Made by a program: the position numbers and the translations under genes. Shown one piece after another: positions 1-14,130 of a stretch of DNA of 64,000 bases (position 1 is its first letter; each line of letters starts with the position of its first letter). The DNA comes from Eledone cirrhosa (lineage: Eukaryota), in NCBI GenBank assembly GCA_964016885.1, contig OZ024743.1, forward strand, positions 300,204,001 to 300,268,000. The letters run 5' to 3'. The notes beneath the pieces were generated by a model. The model had not been told where the DNA came from and did not search any database. It worked only from the letters and a program-made list of their open reading frames with translations.

Positions 1-673
1 ACTTTCCGTATGAATGCTGCACAATTCATATATGAATATGCCAACTATGAATCTTGCATTGAATTATGTAATACCCAAGAGTATACTGAAAACACAGACA
101 CACATGTAAAACAGAGATACAACTACACAAATGTAAACTTATACAGGCGCCCACTAACACAAAATTATGCGTAAACACATATTTACAAAAAATCGTATGC
201 GCACACTATTGTAATAACTATATAGTATATAGTGAAAGTAGTGTGGAAAAGGTTATGCTTCTAATACAAGCATCCAATATATACTGAAACATAGACCATC
301 ACGTATAATGCGCAACAATCTGAAACATCACCCCTCGGTAATAAGAGGTCATTTACATACGAATTTGATATCTTATTTCATAGTGAAGTCAGAGGTCTAT
401 CTCAAATTATTATTATAGATACTTCTCATATGCTACCATTGAATATTAACTGCGCGGACAACGATTATACTTGACCATTATGTTATAAAACTCCATTGGA
501 ATCTGTGCTTTTCTATATATTATTGTGAACATGGCTATTAACTGTTTGTCGCTGACGCACACGTAATTTCTTAGAGATAAGCACAATTATATACATGTAT
601 ATATATCACGTTTAATATAGAAATGGTTTCTACAAAACAAGAAATGTTTCATTCAAAAGAAATGATGAGGTTT

Positions 674-805
674 ATTGCTGATGATTTCTTTTGAATGAAA
701 CAGTTCTAGTGCTGTAGAACCCATTTCAATATTAAAATTAATGTTTACAATCTACTAATGTATTGAGTATATTAGTTAGTGTGGTTACCCCCAATTGAAC
801 CTGGG
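674..805 (+). ncRNA. Type I hammerhead motif plus 3' tail, family B (stem I decayed)
   Basis: CTGATGA(678)-tttc-tttt-gaat-GAAAC-ag..ctGTA. Homologous to copies at 41448, 46958 and 58504. Confidence 0.6.
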
Positions 806-825
806 ACTCTCTCACACACACATAC

Positions 826-864
<39 letters not shown>

Positions 865-866
<2 letters not shown>

Positions 867-1210
867 AAAAAGTATGACCCCGACGGCAGAGCTTAAGCCG
901 TTTCGAATGCTATTTCTGGACTCTACTACCCTAAGTATTGAATACTCTGGTGCGTTATGGTCCATCTGGTTCCTTACCACATTTCCTTTGTTATATATAT
1001 AACAAAGGAAATGTGGTAAATAGGAAAATGTTTAATCCCGACGGCAGAGCTCAAGCCATTTCGACGTCCAGAAATAGCCGTCGAAACGGCTTGAGCTCTG
1101 CCGTCGGGGTTAAACATTTTCCTATTATCCACTCTACTACCCTAAGTATTGAGTACTGTTGTGCGTTATGGTCCATTTAGTTCCTTACCACACTTCCTTT
1201 GTTTTACATA
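865..1210. repeat. Nested inverted/direct rearrangement of PLE pLTR tail (HHR family A 3' halves)
   Basis: gtcGAAACggcttgagctctgccGTCgggg occurs on + (1066-1110) and twice on - (865-920, 1037-1065). The same tail occurs at 24680 and 45830. Flanked by (TA)n. Confidence 0.75.
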
Positions 1211-1218
1211 CATATAAC

Positions 1219-1790
1219 CTGTCGCAAGGTCGGGTCGTCGGCGACTAAACCGGCAACCACACGAAGTTTACTTGGTGGGGAGGGTGATTTTGGACACCCA
1301 GCAGGACAAAAAACAAAATCTGACAAAAGGCGGAAGAACTCATAAAGTCAACGCTCATCCAAAACTGTGTAAATATGTATATACATATGTACATATGTAT
1401 GTATATGTATATGGCTATATGCATGGATGCATGTGTATGTATATGCGCGGGGAAATAGAAATAGTCGGGTTGGACAGCCGATCCCGCGGTTAAACCACTG
1501 GGAGTGAAAGACCCCTAGCCTTTGTCAGGGCATTCTTCTAGGACAAGGCAACTCAGGAAACTGGGATAACTCCGGTATAAAACCTGCGGCTCAGTAGTTA
1601 CCGATGGTATTGATCATTTCTTCTTTTCGGGTTATAGCTACTGTCGCTCAGAGAGTGGGATTGGCTCAGTGCACAGTCTTTCCTCACTTTAAAAAATATC
1701 TTCATGCACAGGCATTACACGATAGAATTAATAATTATTAATAATGGTATATTGTGCAATGGCCATACTCAATAACGAGGGGGACAGCCA
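1219..1790 (+). mobile_element. RTE-like LINE 5' UTR / non-autonomous derivative fragment
   Basis: 1219-1400 is a clear homolog of 40830-41008 (opposite strand). GC-rich, with a cctgtcgc...ggcgactaaa head resembling RTE-type 5' ends. Family assignment is from memory. Confidence 0.45.
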
Positions 1791-1791
1791 T

Positions 1792-1824
<33 letters not shown>

Positions 1825-1825
<1 letters not shown>

Positions 1826-2160
1826 AGGGCGCATGCCTTAGAGGTTAGAGCATTAGGCTCGCAACCATAAGGTTGCGATTACGATTCAGGATCAGGGTGT
1901 TGCGTTGTGTCCTTGAGCAAGACACTTTATCCCACGTTTCTCAGTTGGAGAAAAGAGTTGCAACATCACTGGTGACAAGTTGTATCGGCCATTGCCTTTA
2001 CCTTGGAGATCATCAGTTGCGTCGAGAGGGGTGATTGGTAAGTATGGGCGACCGCTGGTCTTCCACAAACAACCTTGCCCGGACTTGTGCCTCGTCGGGA
2101 ATCTATCTCGGTGCAAATCTTATGGTCAGTCGTGACCGAAGGGGGTATTTACTTCTTTTT
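1825..2160 (+). mobile_element. tRNA-derived SINE
   Basis: A-box-like head (catgccttagaggttagagc) and decayed B box, followed by the central motif gttgtgtccttgagcaagacactt typical of metazoan SINE core domains. Confidence 0.7.
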
Positions 2161-2779
2161 TTACCATGCATACATACATGCATATATATGCATATATCTA
2201 TACATACATATATATCGATGACATTTTGTGAAGTTGTCTGAAGATTTAGTCACATGCACGTTCGAACTAGCGAAATTGCTCTGTTCATTAAAAAGGTAAA
2301 AAAAAGATGCCTCATTAAAATAATATACTTCCGAATTGCGCACCAGCGCATCTTATATAGATTACAGTGTTTCTCAAAATCTGCACTCGTTGGAGAGAAA
2401 AGACAGTAATAATATTGTAAAACCTGAAAAGGATGAGGGAAAGGAAGACGTGTGTTGTCGCACAACGCTGCTGATGTCACATTCTGCAAATACTAATTAA
2501 TAACATGATGCAGAAAATTACATTGAAGAGTCACGTACATTTTTCTGAATTGTAAACGGACTGCTAAAGGGCTGTCCATAGAATACTATATAGATTGATT
2601 ACCAAAGCCTCAATGTTCTGAACACACAATCTGAAACAGATAAGATGAGACACCTGATAACTTTGCTGATCAGAGATGATAAGAAGCAAATGTAAGCTAA
2701 TAACATACACTAATATAAACGTGATCGTGTATGGTGATAGCTGTTGTCAGAGCTATTCCTTTTCCGCACGAGGAAATCA

Positions 2780-3100
2780 CTATCGTATATACTCACAACA
2801 ATTTTGTACATACGATGTATAAACGTGCATTTTTGGTGTATCAGCCTGAAAGCTGTGTACCCGGCCCCAAGGAAAAAGCAAACTTCAACGGGTGACACTA
2901 CAATCTCTAACGTCAGAGGACAACGACAGATATGTTAGACAGGATCAAATGTCGGTCATGATGAACTCATAGATAGAGATCAAGTTATGAATCAGAGGTC
3001 AGAGAAAACATAATCATCAGATATCTCAAACTTCATCAAGCATGTCGCCGACAACGCTCAAACTAACTCGAACATTTGCTTTTCTTAACTGGTCACTATC
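2780..3100 (+). pseudogene. Possible highly decayed Tc1-like transposase HTH fragment
   Basis: Peptide ISNVRGQRQIC resembles the Tc1 IDARGQRRL segment. Multiple stops, weak match. Confidence 0.25.
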
Positions 3101-3789
3101 ATAACTGAATAAGATGGATGTAAGGAACTCACCAGATACTGTGTTCCTGGAAATTTAAACATCAATAGGGATGTGACCAGACTAAATTTCTCATACGAGT
3201 AGGGTTCTAAATACATATTCATATCGTACACGACATGAGTAGTTATATAGAAGTTGCATGTTCAACAGAAGAAAAGTCTATTTTTGGAGTAAGTTTATAT
3301 TTATGAAAATAATAAAAGCATTATAAACCTGGAGAGATACATGAAATAAAATTAAACAGATCTCTCTCTGGAAGATATCAATGTTCCGAATTATATAAAA
3401 TTTCCTATAAAATAATTATAACATTACTATAACATATAATATACCATCGATATAACAATTCTGTAACTAAACATTCTTCGAGTCCTACTTTGGTCTGTGG
3501 TACTCCTGGTATCCGTACCACGAAGAATTCAAATACTAAAACACTAATGTAGCTTTATAGTGACATCCATTTAATTCACAGCGGCCAACGCAATAACAAA
3601 CTTGCGAAAACAATTCTATAGATATTTCAACCACAACGATATCAATACGACCCAAGAAGGTATGATTATATTGAGGTTACACAAATGGGATGATTCCTCA
3701 AAATATTAAAATGCGATCATCATTTTTTTACAAAGGTCTTTATCAGCAGGTACACTTGCAAATTGTGATAATAAAATGACGAGAACACA

Positions 3790-4180
3790 GCCATTCAACA
3801 CTTTTCCCTCAAACTTTGAATTGGAGATTTTGCTCTATTATCAAGCGAATAATGTCTAAGAGGATTACAACAGAGTTCCGGAAAACATACGACACTGCAT
3901 CAGAGAATCTAGAAGGAAGGATTATCTGCCAGTTCAGTCAGATAAAGCCGGTAACATATCCGAAGTCAATCATAAGCGTTACCATTGACCTCCTCACACC
4001 TCGATGTAAAACAACCAGAAAACAAATCGGTTAGATTACCTTCAACGACATCATCACCACGTGTCAACGGGAAACGAATGAACTTCAGGACCTCGATCAC
4101 ATGAAATCTCTGAAACCTTGGGAAACTTACTTCTCCCTTAAAGATCACAAACTAAATTTTACCAGAATCCTACAATACAG
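3790..4180 (+). pseudogene. Decayed PLE RT N-terminal fragment
   Basis: Translates SDKAGNISEVNHKRY (cf. SDKTNNVYGISKDNY in the 62250-62846 ORF) and YFSLKDHKLNF (PLE TLKDHK motif). In-frame stops. Confidence 0.6.
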
Positions 4181-4451
4181 CATACAATAATTGTTCATCT
4201 AAAGCCATCCACATAACTAAGATGGCGTCTTATACTAGCACAGCCCAGCTTCTGTCCTGCAAACACACAACGTTATTTCCCTGCTAAATCTCTATCTACT
4301 ATAGGGGTGTATCATCTTTATATCCTGCTGGTTTCGTATTATCACCACTCAAATGTTGACGGGTCATTCATCTATCAACCTCTTCGGCCCTATATTGTAT
4401 TCATAGACTCCTGGAGTATACTGGCTTCTGTATCTAATCTTTCATTTACAG

Positions 4452-4508
4452 AACATCAGCTCTTTTGAATTCTGTACTTCCAGGGATCATTCCTACAAAT
4501 ACTAATCG
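4452..4508 (+). CDS. Candidate isolated 57-nt host exon (TSALLNSVLPGIIPTNTN)
   Basis: Acceptor tctttcatttacag, donor gtaagt, length divisible by 3, one open frame, in non-repetitive-looking sequence. No homology recognised. Confidence 0.3.
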
Positions 4509-6829
4509 GTAAGTATTCAACAATTACATTAATTTTATCAATTACATTTGTCTCGTAAAGCATAGTAAGATCATCAGAAATAACGCTTGTTTCAGATCAT
4601 AAAATGACAAAATTAGAAAACGCACATGCGTATTTAGACAGCAATTGTGGATATATGTTTTTTCTCGTTTCTCCCCTTTCCTTATTCATCAAACTCTTTA
4701 CTTTTCTATTTACAATTTCATTTCTTATTCTATCTTCCACTTACAAGTTATTCGTTATTTCAAGCTATGTTAGTCAAAATTCCGTGCAGCCAGAGTGATC
4801 CCAGGAGTACATGATTTCGAATCGTACTTCTTTACCAGAACATCAACCCATGAACATATTTTGCTTTTATAAGAGGATATATAATGCTTTAGTGTCTCTT
4901 TTCTTTTACACTGTTAAGAACTAACGGAAAATTAGTTGGTGGTAGCGGTTTGATAAAATTGTAAAGAATAGTTTTTGACAAGCAAAAATGTGATTTGGTT
5001 AGAACGGCAAATAATGGTTATGGTTTGTGCATTAACGTCATTGCTAGTTACAAATTTGTCTTCTTAATGCTAAGATTTTGCAGACAAAATCCACTCTGAC
5101 AAATATATTTTTTACTGAAAAACCATACAAAGAAGTTTGAGTACTGTGGTACGGTAATTGATTTAAAGACTTCTAACCGACGTCCTTTCAACTAGGCAGG
5201 TTATGCAGTGCTCTATTTCATGGCAGTGATAAATTAGAATCCAATGCGGATGAAATAATTTCAGAAGTGTGAATAAATGAATACAGCAATTGTCAAATAC
5301 GATTATAGAAAGAAATTAGACTCCTGCAGACTAAAATAATGTAATATTGTTATACATCCATTACGTTTCTGTTAATTATGCCTAAACCCAATTATCACCG
5401 ATATCAGTTTATCGAATGGAAACAACACCAATGATATGATTCGCGCTTTGCAAAGAAACACTTGTCAATGATACGGTGTCATACCGCAGGCAGTTTTTGA
5501 GCTGAAAACCATGTGTGAAATTTATAATTTTACTAAGGATGTTAGGCATGCGATGGATTAAAATTTAAACCCGTTCATTTTAGTAAATGCTACGGCATTA
5601 TTACAAATTCTCTCATAGACTTTCATCCGCAATAAAAATTGTTCATGTTGTCGTTGCTTTTGCTATTGTCGAAATAGTTGATAATAATGCTGTTTACTGT
5701 GGGTTTAAGCCGTAGAGTCTTTCATGGATTTTATATAGGTGTTAAATTCTCTTAGATGCAATAAAATAGTTCGAAATCAATTTCTATACGAATGTGTCAC
5801 ATTACCAAAATCAGAAAGGATCTTTTATATTAAGGTAGGTTTTCATTTAGTAATCTACCAACTACTATTGCTTACATTGTGTGAAGTTCCATAAAGCACT
5901 AATGTTCTAATGCTAATTGAAGAATAAATATGTAACAAATATAAGCATTCCAATGATATGGAGAAAAGTCATGTAATATTTGTTTTAAAAATTATCATAT
6001 GCAGATTATACGGAAATAAATATCCAATTACAAAAGGTTTGCTGTTATTCATAACATGTACTCCGAGTGGAATGTATGAAGCACATTTACCTTTCGGGCT
6101 ATTTGAACACTGAACCTACACGAAAACAAAATAGTTACAATGACGTCTTTAAACCGGTTTCTAGACAATTTCAGGAGTCGTTTTCTTTGTTTCCAATTTA
6201 TTCAAACTATACATTGACATCTGAAAAATGTGAAATATATATTTTTTCTTTATAAACGTTTTTGTTTATTGCATCAAAATAACTGAAATAGTTAATATCA
6301 TATCGTAATATCAGTTCATTTCCCGCCATAGCACATTTCTGTAACATACAATTTGTTGGAATTATTTAAAAATATAAATCGATGCATATTTAGTAGTTAC
6401 GGTGACGCATATAACTAGAGTAAGTGAAAAAATAGAGTTCAAAACTAATTTTAGTTATATGTATGTGTAGAATGCTGTTTTCAATAATATGCGTCTTTAT
6501 TATTTTGTCTGTCTCATCATCGTCGAGCTTGCACCAACTATAAACACAGACATTTTATTACGATTTATCAACGATTCGATTTTTAAGCAGCATATAAATT
6601 ACATTAAAAACTTTACTTCACCCAATTTAACTGGTAAACCAGTATTGCTTTTTTTTTTTATTGTGTGAGGAAAATTGAAAATAAACTTGAAAGAACTGTT
6701 TTTTCTGTGGTGGTGGGGAGTGGGGGGTCGAATAATATCAGTCAACGCTGTAAAGATTACAAATGTTGAAATGATTTAATCTATAGAGACACAGAGAGAA
6801 AAAGAGAAAGAGAAGCATATATACTTATA

Positions 6830-7465
<636 letters not shown>

Positions 7466-7974
7466 TGAAGAATAAATGTATCGTATGACAACAGATAAAA
7501 AAATAGATAATAGATAAAAATAGATAATAGATAAACCTGCCTATAGAATAACACACACCGAAATACAAACAGAGACGTAGACAGTCTCACACACAAAGTC
7601 TGACATAGGCAGATAGAAACCTAGATTTAAAAAACACATGAATCTACATAGAGTTATATAACAGCATTGGATTTTACATTTACAAAATAACGCTTCATTG
7701 GAGTCCAAGGAGAGACATCAGGTGTATTCTGCGACAGCAAAACGAATTATGTCATAAAATGTGATGTCGGATGAAATGTGTATCAACTAATGCCTGAAAT
7801 ATATAAAGCCACTCTATACTTTTAGATACACAGCTAAACAGACATATACACACAAACATACTTAAGTGTGCATATATGTCCCCATTAATTTACAATTGCA
7901 AGTATATGTTTTTCAATATATTCATAAGTATGTATATATATATGTTATATATATTAAACAATACAATATAATTA

Positions 7975-8042
7975 CCTCATTACCAGAGTTTTGCCGAATA
8001 AGACGAATACGAAAAACGTCCTCATTCGTTCATCGGACAAGG
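7975..8042 (-). ncRNA. Degenerate type I hammerhead motif
   Basis: Minus strand: ccttgt-CcGATGA-long stem II (cgaatgaggacg/cgtcttattcg)-aAAAC-tctg-GTA-atgagg. Two core substitutions. Confidence 0.5.
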
Positions 8043-8661
8043 CAATTTAAAACATAGTGAAATATTTGAAAAATCTCCTCAAGAAAGGCAAGAGTTTAAC
8101 GAGCAAAAAAAATAAAGCAAAAGATATATAAAAATAAGGAAATATAGTTAGGGTATGTGTATAAATGTGTTTATAATCACTCACAAATGTACATATGTGT
8201 GTATGTACAAATGCTTGTGTATAGTGAAAATGTATGCGTAAGTACATATATGAGGGTAAGCATAATAGTGCATGTGTGACCACAAATACGTATATAATAT
8301 AAGTTGAAAAGGGAATTGTAAGATAATGTACATCCAGATTTAGGTATTAAATATATACACATACAAGTATAAAAGCACGCGTATAAACACACACACACGC
8401 GCGATCATTTATATGCGGAAGATAAAAAAGGGAAAGGAGTGTATTAGTAAAAAAGAGTGTCATATTCGATACATATAAAAAAATGAAACAATATATGAGA
8501 AAGAAAAAAAAATTGTTTAAATCAAAGACAAAGTAAGAAGGAGGGGTTATCAATTATAAATTGACACTTGAGAAAAAGAAAACAAACATAGGTTCGCACG
8601 TACGCACATATACATATAAAAATATATATATATGAATACGTACAGGCAAAAGCGCATGCAT

Positions 8662-8708
<47 letters not shown>

Positions 8709-9215
8709 CACACGTATATCTAAGAACATGTACGTACGCGACTATATATATACATATATGCATACACACACATACATGCATATACATATACACATATACA
8801 TACACATACTTATACACATACATTCACCTACATACACACACTCGTGTAAATATAGATATAAAAACACACATGCTCACACACATGCTCACACATATAGACA
8901 CACACACGCACACATACGGAGGCGCATGCACACTTACACGCATAGATACAAATTATAAACCAGCCATATGAAAAAAAGAAATACAAATATAAAAGCGGCT
9001 GCGAAACAACAGAATATAGCTGGAGTTGAAAACGCAAGTGACATGTACAATAAGGTAGTGAAAGAAAATGAAGTAAAATGTGGAACGTGAAGATATTAGG
9101 TAAGTGAATTAAAAAGTATGTATGTATACATATTATATAGCTAGACAGAGAGACGCAGAGAGAGGGGGAGGGGGAGACAAAAGTGAGGTAGATAGAGAGA
9201 TAGAGAGATTAGTTG

Positions 9216-9486
<271 letters not shown>

Positions 9487-9770
9487 CATAGAAACAAACA
9501 TATATTACAAATATATTTTGCATCAGTTTCCTATACCTATGCATACTTATTATTTCCAAGTTGAATGTTGGAATTTTATTATAATATTAAATATATATAA
9601 ATAAATGCATAAATGCATCAATATATAAGAAATAGGATTTCGCTTCAAGCATAGCTTTATGCAATATGTATAGAAATTTCGTATCTCGAAAGAAATACGA
9701 TTTTAGGAAGCTGTAGCTAAGCGAACACCGGTGGGCTAACGCCCTTTGGTGTTTTGCAGCAGAAGCAAGA

Positions 9771-9823
9771 GGGACTACCGTCAATGCATTTCAGGCTTGA
9801 CTGGCCATCGTCAGCGCGGTCCC
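9771..9823 (-). ncRNA. Type I hammerhead motif (stem I imperfect)
   Basis: Minus strand: accgcg-CTGACGA-t-ggc(cagtcaa)gcc-t-GAAA-tgca-TT-gacggt. Palindromic stem III ATGCAT. Lies downstream of a PLE ORF fragment on the same strand. Confidence 0.55.
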
Positions 9824-9879
9824 TCCCACTGCAGGACTTTAAAATAGGCTAGAATATACAGTTTTCTCGTCTGTGTAAA

Positions 9880-10545
9880 TTAGCTGATTAATCTCCTTTG
9901 CATATGCAGTCCCCCGGTGTTCGTATAGTTACATTTTACGGAGTTGTTGTTGCTCGGAACGGTACTATTAGGTGGGATATTGGTAGAAATATTATTATTG
10001 ATATTATGGTTATTTTGGTTAGGGTTTAAATTTAAGTTTCTATTATTAATTATATTTATATTTTGTGCTATGTTCATAGTAGGAGAGTAGAATCGTTTTA
10101 TAGTATGTCTGTTAAAGATTGAGTGGGATCTGTGGGCCTTAGGAAAACATTTGTCTTGTGCTTTAAAGAATAGCTTTGCTAAAGGTGTTTTAACGCTTAA
10201 TGAGAATGGGGGTGAGTACCAAATAATATTTCTAGTTCTAGTTCTTCTGTTTGTTTTAGAGTTTAAGTTAAATTGTTTATTCTTATTATAATTAATAGTG
10301 GGGTGATTTGCCTTATTAATGTTGTCAATGTATTTAATTTTATTCATATACCCTGCTCTATTTAAAGCTTCATTATAATATTCAGCCTTATACTCAAACA
10401 TATTTTTATTAGCAGAGATGCGTGAAATTCGTTGCTGGACACTGTTGACAATAATGTTCTTAATAGATCTAGGATGATTAGAGTTAAAACCTACGTAATT
10501 TAGATTTTCATTAATTTTATGGAATGGATAGTAGAGCCCTGTGCT
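9880..10545 (-). pseudogene. PLE (Hydra-like) RT C-terminus/linker fragment
   Basis: NSNHPRSIK..RISRISANKNMF..AEYYNEALNRAGY..RNIIWYSPPFS..IFNRHTIK aligns with the 60679-62205 ORF. Confidence 0.85.
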
Positions 10546-10702
10546 ATGGTTTTTTCAGCCCTTTAACATAAACCTCATTTGCATATTCATATTAATAATT
10601 TGAAATATATGTTTTCTCTCTTCCCTTCACTTTCCAGGGATAAATTGAACCGTTAATGTATATTATCCTTGGTTATTTCAAATATTTAGAAAACACTTTG
10701 TA

Positions 10703-10760
10703 TTTTATCTGATGATAGCGTACCAAAATTTTAGTACCCTTCAAATATATATAATTGAAT
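10703..10760 (+). ncRNA. Hammerhead motif family F (G12->C)
   Basis: ttttat-CTGATGA-tagcgtac..gtaccctt-cAAA-tatata-TA. The homolog at 39261-39317 has intact GAAA but CTGATaA. Confidence 0.55.
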
Positions 10761-10904
10761 AAATATCGTTTTATAAATATAGTTTCCATTTATTTAAAAT
10801 GTTGAGTGCTCTGAATCCGTTATAAACATTTATATTTGTTGTATTTCCAACAAATTAAATATCCCTTCTACTTATATATATACATATATATATATATATA
10901 TAAT

Positions 10905-11090
10905 AATTGTTTCTACTTTTGGCCCCAGGCCAGCAATTATCCCAGTGCATTGCTGGTACTATATTTTATCGACCCCGTAAGGTTGAAAGGCAAAGTTAAC
11001 CTCGGCGGAATTTGAACTCAGATCATAAAGGGAGGTAACTCTATGCTTCAAAGCATGGCGCCCGACCCTCTACCAATACTCCCAATCCAC
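10905..11090 (-). mobile_element. Nin/Deu-domain tRNA SINE (octopus-type)
   Basis: Minus strand reads gagttcaaattccgccgaggttaactttgcctttcaaccttacggggtcgataaaa..gtaccag. Five copies in the window. Confidence 0.8.
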
Positions 11091-11221
11091 ATATATAATA
11101 ATGAGAGGTATACAGATATATGTGCATATTTTTTCATAGTGATCAGCGAAACTGTACAGTCGGGACGAAGAAAAAATAGGTATCTATTGTGTCTATTATT
11201 CCTTCTTATTTTATAATATTT

Positions 11222-11945
<724 letters not shown>

Positions 11946-13300
11946 GTCAATTAAACAACTCTACAAAACAAAACATTTTAGTAACAGATGGGCAGAACGT
12001 AATATCTGCCTCCCAACCACTAAATGGGAGATGGGTATTACACAATCCACCTGTACCGCTATCACAAACTATCCATGGTATACCCGCTACCCACAACAAA
12101 TAATGCAACTGCCATCTACCTGAAATATGTCCATTGAAGAATGAATGCCTAAAGTCCAACATTGTTTTTGAATCGAACGACCAGAAATGGTATTATATCG
12201 GATCTACCACCACCTCGTTTAAATCTCGCTGGTACCGTCATTGATTCTCAATCAAACATCCTAATCACCGTTTTGTGACCACGCTCGCCAACAAGACCTG
12301 ACAACTCCGAGAACGCAACCAACAGTTTACCTTAAAATGGGATATACTTTCCAGCGCAAGTGCATATCGGAGTGGAGTGAAGTACTGCAGGTTATGTAAC
12401 CTTGAACTCTTTTACATATTAAAATCCCAAAACAAACTACTTCACGATAGAATTGAACGATCATTATACTGCAACCACAAACTAAAAGCTAAATTCTCTC
12501 ACTATAAAATAACTTAACATTCGAATCCGTAACTATAACAGCGCTTTCTAGCTAACCACCTTCTCTTCCCCCACGCTACAAGACAATACACTGCTTATCA
12601 CTATAAATGGTTACTCAGTGCAATTCACAGATTACTACTACAAACCCAAAGTTCACTCACCACATACACTTCGTCTGTCCCCTCTCTACCTCTCTCTCTA
12701 CATCCATTACACTCTCTCTCTCGCCTTTGGCCTACCTCCCTCTCCACATCTATGAACCTGCCCTCTGGGGCAATAAATAATTCCGACCTTAACTATAAAC
12801 GCATCTCTCCAAAAGTAACCAGTATAATAAAACCCCTACCATTTTGATTAAGATATCTACAAACCACTCTCTCCTACTTCTCCAAACCCTGCATATCTTT
12901 CTCTCTCTCTCCCTCTCCCCTACTTTTCTCTCTTCCTTTCCTACTCTATCTTCCCCAACAACTCCACTTAAGGGTATTTACATTGTACATTTTACCATTC
13001 TGCTCTGAGGATACAGTGGTCACAGCATTGGAGTTCTGCAAATACTTGTAAATGTGCACATAGCATAACTAGGCTGTAGTACCACCGTGGAAACATTTGT
13101 AAGCACACGGAATAAATTACCTTTTTATGATGTCTACCTGTTTTTGTTCATTCTTTATATACACTCCGGAATACAGAAGGATCAGAACTAAGTTTCTTCA
13201 AGAATTCTTCCATAACTCGTAGAGTAACCTCTCACCGTACGTCAACCATATCCAGTGTAGTAATTAACCATTACTACATCTTGGGTAATCCTATACCTAA
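11946..13300 (+). mobile_element. PLE 3' end: GIY-YIG endonuclease remnant + pLTR with HHR
   Basis: 12100-12515 translates CNCHLPEICPLKNEC..YYIGSTTTSFKSRWYRH..KYCRLCNLE..RIERSLYCNHK, with stops. Then a pyrimidine-rich pLTR, an HHR, AATAAA, and an end in (TA)n. Confidence 0.85.
13001..13105 (+). ncRNA. Type I hammerhead ribozyme with ~78-nt extended stem II
   Basis: tgct-CTGAGGA-tacagtggt...accaccgtg-GAAAC-attt-GTA-agca, with AATAAA at 13111. Confidence 0.8.
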
Positions 13301-13361
13301 TATATATATATATATATATAATAATAATAATATATGTAATCTGAGATTTTCGAATATTAAT

Positions 13362-13550
13362 AATTGTTTCTACTTTAGGCACAAGGCCAGCAATTACACA
13401 GTGCATTACTGGTACTTTATTTTATCGACCCCGTAAGGATAAAAGGCAAAGTTAACCTCAGCGGGATTTGAACTTAGATCATAAAGAGTCGTAACTCTTT
13501 TCTTCAAAGCATGGCGTCCGACCCTCTACCGATACTGCCAGTCCAGCACA
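13362..13550 (-). mobile_element. Nin/Deu-domain SINE inserted in left arm of fold-back element
   Basis: Homologous to 10905-11090. aatattaataat on both sides looks like a target-site duplication. Confidence 0.8.
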
Positions 13551-13690
13551 CATTTCAAATATTAATAATAACATTAATATTAATAATAACATTCGATTCC
13601 TTTGCAATTGTGCAAAGAAGCCTCATTTTTAAAGCCATGTCAGTAGGATGAACCGTTCATTGTTGCTCATGTATTAGCATGTAAACAGAA

Positions 13691-13734
13691 CTGCAGACAC
13701 TAATGTTTCTGGGTTATACCCTTCATCAGTACAG
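13691..13734 (-). ncRNA. Type I hammerhead ribozyme, family D
   Basis: Minus strand: ctgta-CTGATGA-a-gggt(ata)accc-a-GAAAC-attagt-GTC-tgcag. Confidence 0.85.
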
Positions 13735-14082
13735 CTCACTGTTCACCTGCCAACTGTCAGAGCTGGTGAAAAGATATGTTATTTTCTAAAATATACAGTG
13801 ATTAATTGGCCTGATTTGCATATTAGAAGAACGGCCGATCAGTCAGATCTGCATATTTAAAAAAGATTTGAATGTGGTAAAGCCAGCCATTTATCACTCG
13901 TATACAGGAAACTGACTGGCCAGTCTGCTGATATGCAAATCTGGCTGATCAGTGGATCTGCTAATATGCAGATCTGACTGATCGGCGGGTCTACTAATAT
14001 GCAAATCAAGCTGATCCGTCACTGTATATTTTGAAAGTAGCATATATTTTCTCTAGCTCTGACAGCTAGCAGGTGAACAGTG

Positions 14083-14130
14083 AACTGTACTGATGAAGGT
14101 TGATACGCAGAAACATTAGTGTATGCAGTT
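14083..14130 (+). ncRNA. Type I hammerhead ribozyme, family D (stem II decayed)
   Basis: aactgta-CTGATGA-aggttgatacgca-GAAAC-attagt-GTA-tgcagtt. Confidence 0.75.

Noticed and set aside
1825-1900. tRNA gene
   Set aside because: The cloverleaf is broken and runs into a SINE body, so it is a SINE head.
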